Below are positions 10,406-20,704 of a DNA stretch of 64,000 nucleotides, piece after piece. Where the stretch lies: assembly GCA_965218085.1 (NCBI GenBank), contig CBDCKF010000002.1, forward strand, positions 3,336,288 to 3,400,287. Reading direction: 5' to 3'. The stretch comes from Terriglobia bacterium. Its GTDB lineage: Bacteria > Acidobacteriota > Terriglobia > 20CM-2-55-15. The notes under the pieces are model-generated. The model saw only the letters and a program-made list of their open reading frames with translations. It ran no database searches and was not told the DNA's origin. The translations under genes were made by a program, and so were the position numbers. Every line of letters starts with the position of its first letter. Positions within the stretch are counted from its first letter, which is position 1.

Positions 10406-11251
10406 TTATTCGAGAGGCGTGTCGCTGACGTTGGCCCACTCGGCCATAGAGCCATCGTAGACGCGAGGTAGGGGGAATCCCATCAGTTCGAGGACGAAGG
10501 CCATGAAACTGGCACGGACGGCGGCCTGGCAATAGGTGACTGTTGTTCGCTCGTGGCTGACGCCCGCTTTGTCTAGAGCCAATAGGATGTCTTCGGCTGA
10601 ACGAAAGCGGCGCACCGCTTCTGAATCCGGGCCGTTTTCTAGCAACGCGCTCCACTCCAGATGGGCCGCACCCGGAACGTGTCCTACCCTCTCGTTACCG
10701 TGAGCGGCTTTACCGTAGTACTCATCATCAGAGCGAGCGTCAAGGACTATCCAATCGCCATCGTTATGATTTTCCAGAAGCCCCGATAGAGTAGCCAATC
10801 TTTCCGCCTGCACGTTCGGAGTGAGCGTTTCTTTTTGGTTCAGCTTTGAAGCTTCGAAGGTAACAGGGAAGCCTCCCACGACCCAGCCTTGCCATCCCCC
10901 GTTCAGAATCCGTGCCTCTATGTGTCCGTAGTAACGTAGCACCCACCAGAGACGAGCGGCGAAGATCGAGCCCCAATCGTCATACACAACAACGGTCTTG
11001 CCAGGCCCTATGCCCAGTTCGGCCGCTAATTTTCTAAAGTCCGAGGGTTCTGGCAATAACAGGCCCGGATTGCCTTGCTCATCCTGCGATTTTACATACG
11101 CATGACCCGGGCGACAAATCGCACCAGGAATGTGGGCGCGCCCATATGTCGCTGCATCCCATGGACAATCGACAATCACAAGATCGGGATCCGAGATGTG
11201 CTCGTGTAGCCATTCCGGTTCCGCCAATAATTCAGATCGAACGTAAGGCAA
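10406..11251 (-). CDS. Thiosulfate/3-mercaptopyruvate sulfurtransferase (tandem rhodanese domains)
   Basis: Two rhodanese modules. Catalytic Cys loop TYCQAAVRAS in the C-terminal domain. Confidence 0.8.
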   Translation of the reverse strand: MPYVRSELLAEPEWLHEHISDPDLVIVDCPWDAATYGRAHIPGAICRPGHAYVKSQDEQGNPGLLLPEPSDFRKLAAELGIGPGKTVVVYDDWGSIFAARLWWVLRYYGHIEARILNGGWQGWVVGGFPVTFEASKLNQKETLTPNVQAERLATLSGLLENHNDGDWIVLDARSDDEYYGKAAHGNERVGHVPGAAHLEWSALLENGPDSEAVRRFRSAEDILLALDKAGVSHERTTVTYCQAAVRASFMAFVLELMGFPLPRVYDGSMAEWANVSDTPLE

Positions 11252-11451
11252 TCTTTAACCTCCGGCGGGAGTTCATCTGCCAGGGTACCCGTATGGTGGT
11301 GATCGGCGAGTACCACTTTTTGGCAAAGGCGACGCGGAAGACCTGGGAGAAGGTTGTCGTTTTTCAGTTCTACGGTGAGACAGTGGTCGAGGCTGCGGCC
11401 TTTTCTTGAGAGAGCCAGGGCGCGACTCGCAGGTCGCATCCTGGCCACTGT

Positions 11452-12612
11452 TCATGCCGGTTCCGTTGAGATCTGCGGAAAGATTCGCTCGATGTTGCCT
11501 CGGTAGAGCTGTTCGAACTCTCCGGTATCGAACAAACCGGCATCGACGAGTCCATTAACATCGTTGGTCATGTTGCTGTACGGAAAATCGGTTCCGAACA
11601 CCATTTGGTCGATTCCCACAACTTGCCTGAGCGAACCCATCGCCACCCCATTCGCGGTCGCCGCACAGTCGTAGTAGAAGCCCCTTAGCTGCTCAAGCCT
11701 CGAACCGGGTTCGGTAGGCTGCCGCAGATACGTGTCGAGATCGCCGCGATGCCCGACAATGCGTTGGACAAGGAAGGGCATCGTGCCGCCGGCATGCGAG
11801 AAGATCCAATTAATGTTGGGAAACCTGGTGGGCACATCGTTGACGATGAGGCTCATGATCATACGGGTCGTGTCGGTCCCGTACTCAATCGTGTTCGGGC
11901 GCATGTTCTTGACGATGTTGATGCAGCAGGCCGCATCCGTCGGATGCGTGTAGACGGTCAGGCTGCGGCGATTGAGTTCCTCCAGGAGTGGGGTGAATTG
12001 CGGTTCGCCGATGTATTGGTCGCCGTTGCTCGTCGCCAGGAACGCGCCGCCCGCCCCCAGGGTATCAATTGCGTACTCCAGTTCTAGGAGGCTGTTGTCT
12101 ACGTCGGGCATTGGCATCGACGCCATCAAGATGAAGCGACCGGGGTAATCGGCCACCATCTGAGTGCCGTACTCGTTTCCCTCGCGAGCCAGGCGACGGA
12201 TCGTCTCCGCACCCTGGGCCTGGGAGACGCCCCGCTGTCTGAGGCGGTCTGGCGTAAAAGCCCCGCCGGCCTGTCCCGTAGAAATGAGCGCCGTCGCCGT
12301 ACCCGTGCTGTCCATTGCCTCGATCGAACTGTCTGGCGTCCATCCAATCCGGGCGTTGGGTACCAGATTGACCGCCTCGAGCTCCTCGAACCAGCCGGCC
12401 GACGTGAAGTGGTGATGGACATCGACCCGGCGGCCCGCAGCGACATCTCTTCCCCCGATCACTGCTCCAACCGGAGTCTCCGTCGCCTGCTCGTTCGCGC
12501 CACAACCCGATAGCAAAACGCCCGCGCCCGCAGCCGCGAGCCCGGTCAGAAATTGCCGCCGCGGCTGGACCTGGCACCCGGCGTCGTATTGATTCACATC
12601 TTCACGCTTCAT
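11452..12612 (-). CDS. Amidohydrolase-2 family metal-dependent hydrolase with Tat signal
   Basis: RRQFLTGLAAAGAG Tat motif. DVHHHF metal-binding start of a TIM-barrel amidohydrolase. Confidence 0.7.
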   Translation of the reverse strand: MKREDVNQYDAGCQVQPRRQFLTGLAAAGAGVLLSGCGANEQATETPVGAVIGGRDVAAGRRVDVHHHFTSAGWFEELEAVNLVPNARIGWTPDSSIEAMDSTGTATALISTGQAGGAFTPDRLRQRGVSQAQGAETIRRLAREGNEYGTQMVADYPGRFILMASMPMPDVDNSLLELEYAIDTLGAGGAFLATSNGDQYIGEPQFTPLLEELNRRSLTVYTHPTDAACCINIVKNMRPNTIEYGTDTTRMIMSLIVNDVPTRFPNINWIFSHAGGTMPFLVQRIVGHRGDLDTYLRQPTEPGSRLEQLRGFYYDCAATANGVAMGSLRQVVGIDQMVFGTDFPYSNMTNDVNGLVDAGLFDTGEFEQLYRGNIERIFPQISTEPA

Positions 12613-12879
12613 ATTCGACCTCCAAAGGCACTAAGGGGCGCCATTAGACCATTGTGCATCGGTGCATCCGGGGGCTTACCTGCAAGAGTTGACATCACCG
12701 GATGCGTCAAAAGATCAAGGCCGACCACGACTGGAGAGCGTACGCGGTTGACCTCCGAGGGACAAAGATTCGTCCGAGAGTAGTCAAGATAACAGCCGAA
12801 TTGCAATGAAAATTAGGATCGTGCCTGCCGATATCGCTATTAGTTCATCGATCAACGGGAAGACGGCCGGCGAGACTGC

Positions 12880-13075
12880 GTCACAAGGAATCAACATCGT
12901 TCTGAACTGTTCGGAGGAATTGAAGGCACAGGTGCCAGTGCCGTGAAGCGGTTTCTCGGTCTGAACGTCCCTGAAATCCATTTTCAAGTTCTGATCCTCT
13001 GTTCGGACGTTGAAGCACACCGATAACGAAATCGTTTCTCAATTGACGAAACGTCCGTTTGTCTGGACGTGACCG
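12880..13075 (+). repeat. Modular intergenic repeat, copy Z (modules 1,2,3,4)
   Basis: Contains all modules seen in copies X and Y, and an internal hairpin CGGACGTT...AACGTCCG. Confidence 0.6.
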
Positions 13076-13257
13076 ATTCATTGCGTACAACTTCTTTCTC
13101 TATTACTCTCTACCCAGTTTTCGCGAAGATTGTTCCATTGATACATGAGAGTTCTCGAAAGGCGGATTGGAGATCAGGTGATCGCTGTGTGTCCGGTGCC
13201 TGTAGTTGGCGCGAAGTCAGAGCAATGAGGTTCCGAGCGAGGTGCGGGAGGGGAGAG

Positions 13258-14931
13258 ATGGCTACCGGTAGGAGAGGATTATCGGCGTTCATTGTCTCGG
13301 TTGCGTGTTGCGGGCTGACGGCAACGGCACTGGGGACGCAATCGAGATTCTGGCCGGGAACTCGACTTCGAATCAGAGTTGCGCTGCTCACAACAGCTGC
13401 ATTAGCCATGTCTGCGTGCGGTGTCGACACACAGGGGGACCCGTCAGTGGATCCTTTTGAACTGGCCGAAGCTACCATCACCCAGACTCATGCAGCTTTA
13501 GCTTCAGGAGAGCTGTCTTGTGTCGATTTGATCACGGGATACCTCGCTCGAATCGACGCTTACGACGACCAGGGGCCGGAATTGAACGCGATCATTACCG
13601 TGAATTCAAGAGCCTTGGAGGTTGCCCAAGACCTGGACAGGCGTTATGAGGCGAACGCGGAAACCGTGGGACCGCTCCATTGCATACCCGTGATCGTGAA
13701 GGATAACTTTGATACAGCCGACCTGCCGACTACGGGCGGATCTGTGACATTATCGGAATCCTATCCACTCAAGGACGCTTTCATGGTACGGCGGCTCCGG
13801 GAAGCGGGGGCTATCGTGCTGGCGAAGTCCAATCTTTCCGAGCTTGCCCGAGGCGGCCTCACGGCCAGTTCATTGGGAGGACAGACGAGAAATCCCTATG
13901 ACCTTACGCGGACGCCAGGCGGTTCGAGCGGCGGCACGGGCGCGGCCCTGGCCGCCGGTTTCGGCATCCTGGGAACAGGGAGCGACACGGGACAATCGAT
14001 CCGTTCGCCCGCGTCGGCCCAAAGCCTTGTGGGCCTTCGATCGACTCGGGGACTCGTGAGCCGCGACGGTGTGATCCCGAACAGCACGACTCAGGATGAG
14101 GTGGGCCCGATCACCCGAACCGTTGAGGATGCGGCCCGCATGTTGGACGCAATGGCGGGATATGATCCCGCCGATCCCATCACGGCCTTCGGAGTGAGGC
14201 ACATACCTGGCAGCTACACAGAGACCCTCGATCCCAACGGCCTGGAAGGTGCTCGCATTGGAGTGGTAACGAATCTCTTCGGTGGGGAAACAATGCATGA
14301 GGTGGTCAACACCGTCACGGAGTCAGCGATCGCTCAAATGCAGGCCGCTGGCGCAACGATGTTTCGGATCGACATTCCGAATTTCGCCGAGATCGTTCGG
14401 GACGTCGCAGTCGCCGGATTCGAATACAGAAGTGTGTTCAACGAGTACATTGCCAGTCTGGGGCCCAACGCGCCGGTCGGGAGCCTCGAAGAATTCGTCA
14501 GTCGCGGAGAATTCCACTCCTCGATCCGGCAAGATCTTGAGTCGGCATTGGCCATCGAAGACGGTTTGAACGACCCGGAATACCGCCGCCGCTTGTTGCG
14601 ACGTGAGAATCTCCGGCAGGAGTTGATGCGGGTGATAGCCGACAACGACCTGGACGCTCTCCTTTACCCGCACCAGCGTCGATTGGTGGCCGCGATTGGC
14701 GAGCAGCAACTGGAGCGCAACGGTGTGCTCTCGAACGCGACCGGCTTTCCGGCCATTACGATTCCGGGAGGGTTTTCCCCACCTACAGACTCCGCGCCCT
14801 TGGGTGTGCCCGTTGGGATCGAACTCCTCGGACCGGACTGGAGTGAGCCCACTCTCCTAAGTCTGGCCTTTGCATTTGAACAGGTGTCAGGGATCCGGGA
14901 TTCCCCTGTGGCGACGCCGCCGTTGAACTGA
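13258..14931 (+). CDS. Amidase-signature family amidase with N-terminal signal
   Basis: GGSSGGTGAALAAGFGILGTGSDTGQSIRSPAS amidase signature. Start chosen at MATGRR, which has a GGAGG-like RBS. The ORF track begins upstream at 13069. Confidence 0.8.
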   Translation: MATGRRGLSAFIVSVACCGLTATALGTQSRFWPGTRLRIRVALLTTAALAMSACGVDTQGDPSVDPFELAEATITQTHAALASGELSCVDLITGYLARIDAYDDQGPELNAIITVNSRALEVAQDLDRRYEANAETVGPLHCIPVIVKDNFDTADLPTTGGSVTLSESYPLKDAFMVRRLREAGAIVLAKSNLSELARGGLTASSLGGQTRNPYDLTRTPGGSSGGTGAALAAGFGILGTGSDTGQSIRSPASAQSLVGLRSTRGLVSRDGVIPNSTTQDEVGPITRTVEDAARMLDAMAGYDPADPITAFGVRHIPGSYTETLDPNGLEGARIGVVTNLFGGETMHEVVNTVTESAIAQMQAAGATMFRIDIPNFAEIVRDVAVAGFEYRSVFNEYIASLGPNAPVGSLEEFVSRGEFHSSIRQDLESALAIEDGLNDPEYRRRLLRRENLRQELMRVIADNDLDALLYPHQRRLVAAIGEQQLERNGVLSNATGFPAITIPGGFSPPTDSAPLGVPVGIELLGPDWSEPTLLSLAFAFEQVSGIRDSPVATPPLN

Positions 14932-14947
14932 ACACGTCTGTCATTTA

Positions 14948-15763
14948 ATGAAGAGGATTTCAATGAAAGCGCAACTCTTGTCTGGGGTTTTACTCCTCAT
15001 GCTGGCTCACGACGCCACGGCCCAGGAATTGGACACGGTTTTTCTCGAAGAGCTGACCACGGTTGAGGTTCAGGATGCCATCCGAGATGGCACGACAACC
15101 GTCATCTTGCCAAGCGCAGGGACCGAACAAAATGGTCCTCATGTGGTGTTAGGAAAACACAAGTACATCGTCAACTTCGCGTCGGAGGCAATCGCTCGCC
15201 GCCTCGGAAATGCGCTGGTTGCTCCGGTCGTGACTTACGTTCCTGAGGGTGGGCTTGACCCGCCCTCAGGACACATGCGCTACGCTGGAACAATCACGCT
15301 TCCCAATGAGTACTTCATGAAGCTCGTGGAATACGCTGCACGTAGCTTCAGGGTGCACGGATTTACCGACATCGTGTTCATCGCGGATAGTGGGGGGAAC
15401 CTCGAAGGCATGGAGGCCGTTGCCGAGCAGCTTAACGGAGAACGGGCTGGGGAAATCACCCGGGTTCATTTTGCCGATGACTATTATTCGAACAACGGCT
15501 ATAGCGAATGGTTGATCGATCAGGGTGAAACAGAAGAGACTATCGGTGGACACGCGGGTCTCGACACCACCTCGGAGCTTCTGTTCGTCGCACCCCAACA
15601 CGTCCGACCGGACGAGATGACACCCGCCAGCACAACAGACACTAGCCGCTACAGCTTTTCGGGCGACCCCACGCGAGCGACGACCGAATATGGCCGGAAG
15701 GGTCTGGAGCTAAAGATCGAGGCCGGCGTCCAACAGATCCGATCTTTGATGGAAGCAGATTGA
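14948..15763 (+). CDS. Creatininase (creatinine amidohydrolase) family protein, secreted
   Basis: Signal peptide. VILPSAGTEQNGPHVVLGKH matches the creatininase family metal-site region. Confidence 0.7.
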   Translation: MKRISMKAQLLSGVLLLMLAHDATAQELDTVFLEELTTVEVQDAIRDGTTTVILPSAGTEQNGPHVVLGKHKYIVNFASEAIARRLGNALVAPVVTYVPEGGLDPPSGHMRYAGTITLPNEYFMKLVEYAARSFRVHGFTDIVFIADSGGNLEGMEAVAEQLNGERAGEITRVHFADDYYSNNGYSEWLIDQGETEETIGGHAGLDTTSELLFVAPQHVRPDEMTPASTTDTSRYSFSGDPTRATTEYGRKGLELKIEAGVQQIRSLMEAD

Positions 15764-15827
15764 CCCGTATTGCTTGACCTGTCTGATTCCTGGTTGGCAC
15801 TGCACATGACCCATTGAGGCATAGACG

Positions 15828-16916
15828 ATGGCCGACTTCACGATCAAAGAACTCAGCCCTGACACCCAATTCGACCGCTTGCCGTACTGGGACGTTGTCA
15901 TCATTGGCGCCGGTCCAGCGGGGCTTGCCGCCAGCCTCACGACTGCCCACCGCGGGCTCGCGACGTTGGTGATCGAGGCTAAGGACCGGGCAGGCGGGCA
16001 ACCGCAGTTCCTGTACGCCGACAAACGCATCGTGGATGTCCCGGGATTTCCGGACGGCGTGACAGGCGAAGAACTTTCGGCTCGGGTTTATCGGCAAGCC
16101 GTCGATGCGCTGGTGCAATTCCGGTTCAACGAAGAACTCGTCGACATCGAAGAAACAGACGACACCAAGAAGAACGATCCGCTTAAGCGGGTGATCACCA
16201 GCAGTGGAAACTATCCATGCCGTAAGGTGATTATCGCGATGGGTCTGCTCCACTTTCCACGTAAGTTACCCATCCTCGAAGCCCTCAACTCGAAGAAGGT
16301 GTACTACAAGGCACCAAGAATTCGCGAATATGAAGGTCATCGCGTAGCAGTCGTGGGTGGGGGCGATTCAGCGCTGGACGCCGCTGTCATGGTCTTAGAG
16401 CGACAAGGTGAAGTGAATGTGATCGTGCGTGAAGAGACTCCTGTCGGGAAGGCGGACACACAGGCCCGGATCCGACATCAAGGAGGGCAGGTCCACCTCG
16501 GCACCGAAATTTCAACGGCAGAGTTTGTGGGCGATCAGATTCGTTTGGCGTTGACGGATCGTTCCGAGATCGACGTTGACCTGGTCATCGTGCAAATTGG
16601 ATTTCTGTCCGCGAAAGAGACGTTCCATCGATTGAATGTCCGCTTGAATTCGGACAGCAGCATCGCGATCGATCCGTACTATGAAACCAGCCGGCGCGGC
16701 ATCTTTGCAGTCGGCGACGTGCACGGAGACATCAAGCTCATCACCGTTGCCTGGGCGGATGGGATCCAGGCCGCCATCTATGCGTTCAAGGAGATCACGA
16801 GTCCGTACTGGCTGAACGAGCGGCGGCTCAGGGATCACAAGATCACCCTTATTGGAGAGAAGATTGCCCAGTCTGCGAGTGAAAGGCCGATTCGGCCGGT
16901 CGGTCGCAGTGACTGA
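15828..16916 (+). CDS. FAD/NAD(P)-dependent oxidoreductase (thioredoxin-reductase-like fold)
   Basis: VVIIGAGPAG dinucleotide motif, a second GGGDSALD motif and a C-terminal GD motif (IFAVGDV). Confidence 0.75.
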   Translation: MADFTIKELSPDTQFDRLPYWDVVIIGAGPAGLAASLTTAHRGLATLVIEAKDRAGGQPQFLYADKRIVDVPGFPDGVTGEELSARVYRQAVDALVQFRFNEELVDIEETDDTKKNDPLKRVITSSGNYPCRKVIIAMGLLHFPRKLPILEALNSKKVYYKAPRIREYEGHRVAVVGGGDSALDAAVMVLERQGEVNVIVREETPVGKADTQARIRHQGGQVHLGTEISTAEFVGDQIRLALTDRSEIDVDLVIVQIGFLSAKETFHRLNVRLNSDSSIAIDPYYETSRRGIFAVGDVHGDIKLITVAWADGIQAAIYAFKEITSPYWLNERRLRDHKITLIGEKIAQSASERPIRPVGRSD

Positions 16917-17010
16917 GGCGCAGGCAGAGCTGATCAGAATGCAGCATCGGCAGAGTTTCGATTCCATGCTGCAGACAAACAGTCCTGAAATTCATTCTCT
17001 AGTCTCTGAC

Positions 17011-17418
17011 TTACGTCGTCACGCGCTCGGCTTTGTTTCCACTCGGAAACCAGATCGGCGTTAACACAAGCACCACTGCGAACAGAGCCGCTGCCACGTA
17101 GAAAAGCCCGCCCTGCATGGCGGGGTACAAAACGCCGCCCACGACCAAGCCGGAGATGGCCGCGAGGCTGCTGGCGCTGGTGGCTGCACCCTGGATGGTG
17201 CCCTGTGAGTCGCCGGCGACCTCCGAGACTCTCGCCTGGAAAGTTGGCCACGACAGCCCGTTTCCCAGCGCAAAAAGAGCGGCGCCTAGATAGGTAAGGT
17301 GCCCGGCCGGGAGCACCATAGCAAACAACGAGAGCATCAGGCACCCCATGCCCGAAGCGAAAACAATCCGCCGGCTGAGGTGCTTGGACACGAAGGTGAG
17401 CAGTGGGCCCTGGGCTAG
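17011..17418 (-). pseudogene. MFS transporter, C-terminal fragment (gene interrupted by IS copy 2)
   Basis: Translation from 17418 downward (LAQGPLLTFVSKHLSRRIVFASGMG...) continues the MFS reading frame that stops inside the IS on the other side. Confidence 0.75.
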
Positions 17419-19170
17419 CCTGCATTTCTCAAGAGATCTAAGGTAAACGAGAGACGGAAGGAAGTGTAAAGGACCGGAAAAGGCCGCCCTGTCTGGCATA
17501 GAAGGTTGTGCGAAGAACTTTCAACACACAGACGGAGGCGGCCTTTAACATGACAGAGTGTAAAACAGAACGGGTTCAATTTCACGCTTTAGGTTCACGC
17601 GAAGTTTGCGGTCAATTCGACGGTGGGGACATCAGCTCGGACGCGGGCGGATTGCTGCTGCGGGAGGTGGAGAAACGGACCGGGATCCTGAAACAGTTTG
17701 CCGGATGTTTCCAGGATTATCGGGATCCGCGATTTGTGGAACATCGCATCGAGCCACTGGTGGCGCAACGGGTCTACGGATTGTGTTTGGGCTATGAGGA
17801 TCTGAACGATCACGATCAACTGCGTTCAGATCCAGTCCTGGCCGTGATGGTCGATGAGACCGATCCGAAGGGGCGAACTCGGAAGCAGGAGCGGGACCGG
17901 GGCAAGGCGCTGGCGGGCAAGAGCACGCTGAACCGGCTGGAGCTCTCGACCGAGGGTGCGGCCAGCCACCCGTACAAGAAGATCGGGCGGGATGAAGCGG
18001 CGATGGATCGATTGATGGTGGACGTGTTTCTCCAAGCCCATCGGCGAGCACCACGGCAAATCATCCTGGATCTGGATGCGACCGACGATCCGATTCACGG
18101 GAATCAGGAAGGCCGCTTCTTTCACGGCTACTACCGGCACTATTGTTATCTGCCGCTCTACATCTTCTGTGGGGAGTTTCTGCTCTGTGCCCGGCTGCGA
18201 TCCTCTGACATCGATGGTGCGGCTGGAACGGTGGAGGAACTGGAACGGATCGTGGGCCAGATTCGGCAGGAGTGGCCCCGAGTCCAGATTGTGATTCGGG
18301 CCGACTCGGGTTTCTGCCGCGATGAGATCCTGAGCTGGTGCGAGGCCCAGCACCGTGTCGATTACGTGATCGGACTGGCGAAGAACAAGCGGCTGCTCCG
18401 CGCGATTGAAACTCCGATGGAGAAAGCGAAGCAGCGATTCGACAGGACCGGAAAGTCGGCGCGCGTCTTTAAGACGTTTCAGTATCGGACCCTGGACAGC
18501 TGGACCCGAGAGCGACGCGTCATTGGCAAGGCCGAACATCTGGCCAAGGGAGCCAACCCGCGGTTTATCGTTACCTCGTTACCGAAAGGCCAACCCACCC
18601 CAAAGCAGATCTATGAACAGATCTACTGTGCTCGTGGGGACATGGAAAACCGGATCAAAGAGCAACAGCTCGGATTGTTTGCCGACCGGACCAGCACGGC
18701 CACCATGCGCGCCAATCAACTCCGGCTCTACTTCTCATCGGTCGCGTACATGTTGATGCAAGCCTTGCGACGGCTCGGATTGCAGGGTACCGAATTCGCG
18801 CGTGCGCAGTGCACCACGATCCGCCTCAAGTTGCTCAAGATCGGAGCGCAGATCCACGTCACCGTCCGCCGGATCTGGATTCGGATGGCCGGCGGGTATC
18901 CCTATGCCAACGTGTTTGCTCAGATCTACGCGAACCTCCAGAAAATCCCGCTACGTTGTTAAACGTCTCCGCTCGGACATCCCACCCGTTTCGACCTTGG
19001 TAGGGATTGCTGTCTCTGTAATCCGCTTTCACCTTGCCATTCTCTTCAACACCAATCACTCAGGCTCCGTTTTTCAGCTCAGCTGGCCTCTTTGCTCCCG
19101 CGACACCGCTCACGACCCCTATCCCGTCTACCCATTGCTCGTTTCGCCATCATTCTTGAGAAATGCGGGC
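17419..19170 (+). mobile_element. IS1380-family-like insertion sequence, copy 2 (~1.75 kb) inserted in an MFS gene, CTAG on both flanks
   Basis: IRL CCTGCATTTCTCAAGA (17419..) and IRR TCTTGAGAAATGCGGG (..19170) form a 16-bp inverted repeat with one mismatch. CTAG lies at 17415-17418 and 19171-19174. Confidence 0.75.
17508..18962 (+). CDS. DDE transposase (IS1380-family-like), paralog of 1833..3248
   Basis: 484 aa. Same conserved blocks (LCLGYEDLNDHDQLR, GNQEGRFFHGYY, CARGDMENRIKEQQL). Confidence 0.85.
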   Translation: MRRTFNTQTEAAFNMTECKTERVQFHALGSREVCGQFDGGDISSDAGGLLLREVEKRTGILKQFAGCFQDYRDPRFVEHRIEPLVAQRVYGLCLGYEDLNDHDQLRSDPVLAVMVDETDPKGRTRKQERDRGKALAGKSTLNRLELSTEGAASHPYKKIGRDEAAMDRLMVDVFLQAHRRAPRQIILDLDATDDPIHGNQEGRFFHGYYRHYCYLPLYIFCGEFLLCARLRSSDIDGAAGTVEELERIVGQIRQEWPRVQIVIRADSGFCRDEILSWCEAQHRVDYVIGLAKNKRLLRAIETPMEKAKQRFDRTGKSARVFKTFQYRTLDSWTRERRVIGKAEHLAKGANPRFIVTSLPKGQPTPKQIYEQIYCARGDMENRIKEQQLGLFADRTSTATMRANQLRLYFSSVAYMLMQALRRLGLQGTEFARAQCTTIRLKLLKIGAQIHVTVRRIWIRMAGGYPYANVFAQIYANLQKIPLRC

Positions 19171-20121
19171 TAGGATCATCATGCCGCTGAGGACCGCAAA
19201 GAAAATCCCAAGTTGTCCTGTATCCCAGCCATAAGCCTGCATGGCGTGCACCGGGAAACCCGCGTAAAAGAAGTTGAATCCGAGAAAGACCACGAAGGTC
19301 GCGACGAGAATAGCAGCCACCGGAGGGCGGCGTAGCGTCGCCAGGGTGATTGAGGGTGAAGGTGACCGGTCGCATGGCTTGGCCTGCTGGTTCAACCCGG
19401 CTTCGAGGGCTGAGGGTGCCCCTGGACCTTCGGGGCAGCGCCCCCCCGGTTCTCGTAACCATAGGATGATCGCAACGGTGGTAAGGGCTGCCATCACTGC
19501 GGCGATCGCGATGGGCAAGCGCGGCCCCCACCCCGTTTCACCCAGCAATCCAGCCGCTGCCGGGCCGATGACAAAGCCCAGACTGGCGGCCATGCCCATG
19601 CGTCCGAATGCGATCTGGCGCAGGTGGGGTGTGTTCCGAGTGAGATCGGCCACGTACGCGTTGGCTACCGAGATGTTGCCGCCGGTGGCTCCGTCCAGCG
19701 CCCGGGCTGCGAACACCAGAAACAACGGTAGTGTCAGTGTGGCCCCGGCGATCCGGACGATGCCCTCGACCGGTAAGGAAAGAGCAACGAGGAAGAGCAA
19801 CCAGGCTGCGAGTGTACCCGCCTGGCTGGCGACGAGCACGGGGCGACGACCCGTTCGATCGGACCAGCGGCCCAGCGCCGGAGCACCGACGAGTTGGAAC
19901 ATCGAGTACGTCGCACCGAGCAGGCCATAGGTCCACGTGGCCCCACCCAGATCGTCGACAATGAAAACCAGGAAGGGAATCGCCAGGGAAAACCCGAGCG
20001 TGCCGAACAGGTGCACTGCGAGAATCGGTCCAAACGTGCGCCAGGGCAAAACCGCACCTTCAGTCACAGCGGATGCACGATCGATCATTGCCTCACAGCG
20101 TACGACAGAAGACCCGAACAT
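19171..20121 (-). pseudogene. MFS transporter, N-terminal fragment (tetracycline-efflux-like motif GRWSDRTGRRP)
   Basis: Multi-TM protein whose ORF runs into the IS and ends RISQE* on IS-derived codons. Confidence 0.75.
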
Positions 20122-20198
20122 TCTGCAGCGATTCGGCCTGATGCGTCCGGGCCTCGTGACCGTACAGGCTCGGGATCGGTCTGAACTGCTTTGATGAA

Positions 20199-20603
20199 AT
20201 GAAGGTGATTGGTGGCGTTGAGGGAACAGCGCCCGGGGAATTCGCAGGGAGTCATGCGATCGCGTTGGACTCCAGAGGTCGCCTGTTCGTACTGGAACGT
20301 CAGGAAGAAGTGCGCAACCCGCGCATTCAGATTCTCGAACAGAATGGACGGTTCATCGAAGAATGGACCGATCTTGCCGGTTTGGGGCGTCCTTCGGGAA
20401 TCACGATCTCCGCAGACGATACCGTCTACATTGGGGAAAGCGAGGCTGAAAATATCACGATCGTGAAAGAAGGAAGAGTCATCGAATGGATTGCAGGTCT
20501 GGAGGCCGCTCCGCACAACATCACGCGGGATGCGGGAACCGGGGACCTCTACCTGGCGGATTCCAACCTGCCCGGAGCGATCAAGAAAATCATGAAGAAG
20601 TAG
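20199..20603 (+). CDS. NHL-repeat fragment protein (about 3 blades, probably truncated)
   Basis: Three NHL-like repeats (GRLFV..D, SGITISADDTVYIGE, GDLYLADS). Too short for a full propeller. Confidence 0.45.
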   Translation: MKVIGGVEGTAPGEFAGSHAIALDSRGRLFVLERQEEVRNPRIQILEQNGRFIEEWTDLAGLGRPSGITISADDTVYIGESEAENITIVKEGRVIEWIAGLEAAPHNITRDAGTGDLYLADSNLPGAIKKIMKK

Positions 20604-20704
20604 TCCCGAGGAGTTCTCGGAAGTTGAGAATTTAGCGGATAACTGCAGCTCGTGAAGCTCCCGCAGAACCATTTATCGGAAGTTGTCCGTTCGGTGGAAC
20701 GCGG

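Noticed and set aside
1738-19170. Composite transposon formed by the two IS1380-like copies
   Set aside because: The copies are divergent paralogs, and each is individually flanked by CTAG (one inside an MFS gene, one at a stop codon), so they are independent insertions.
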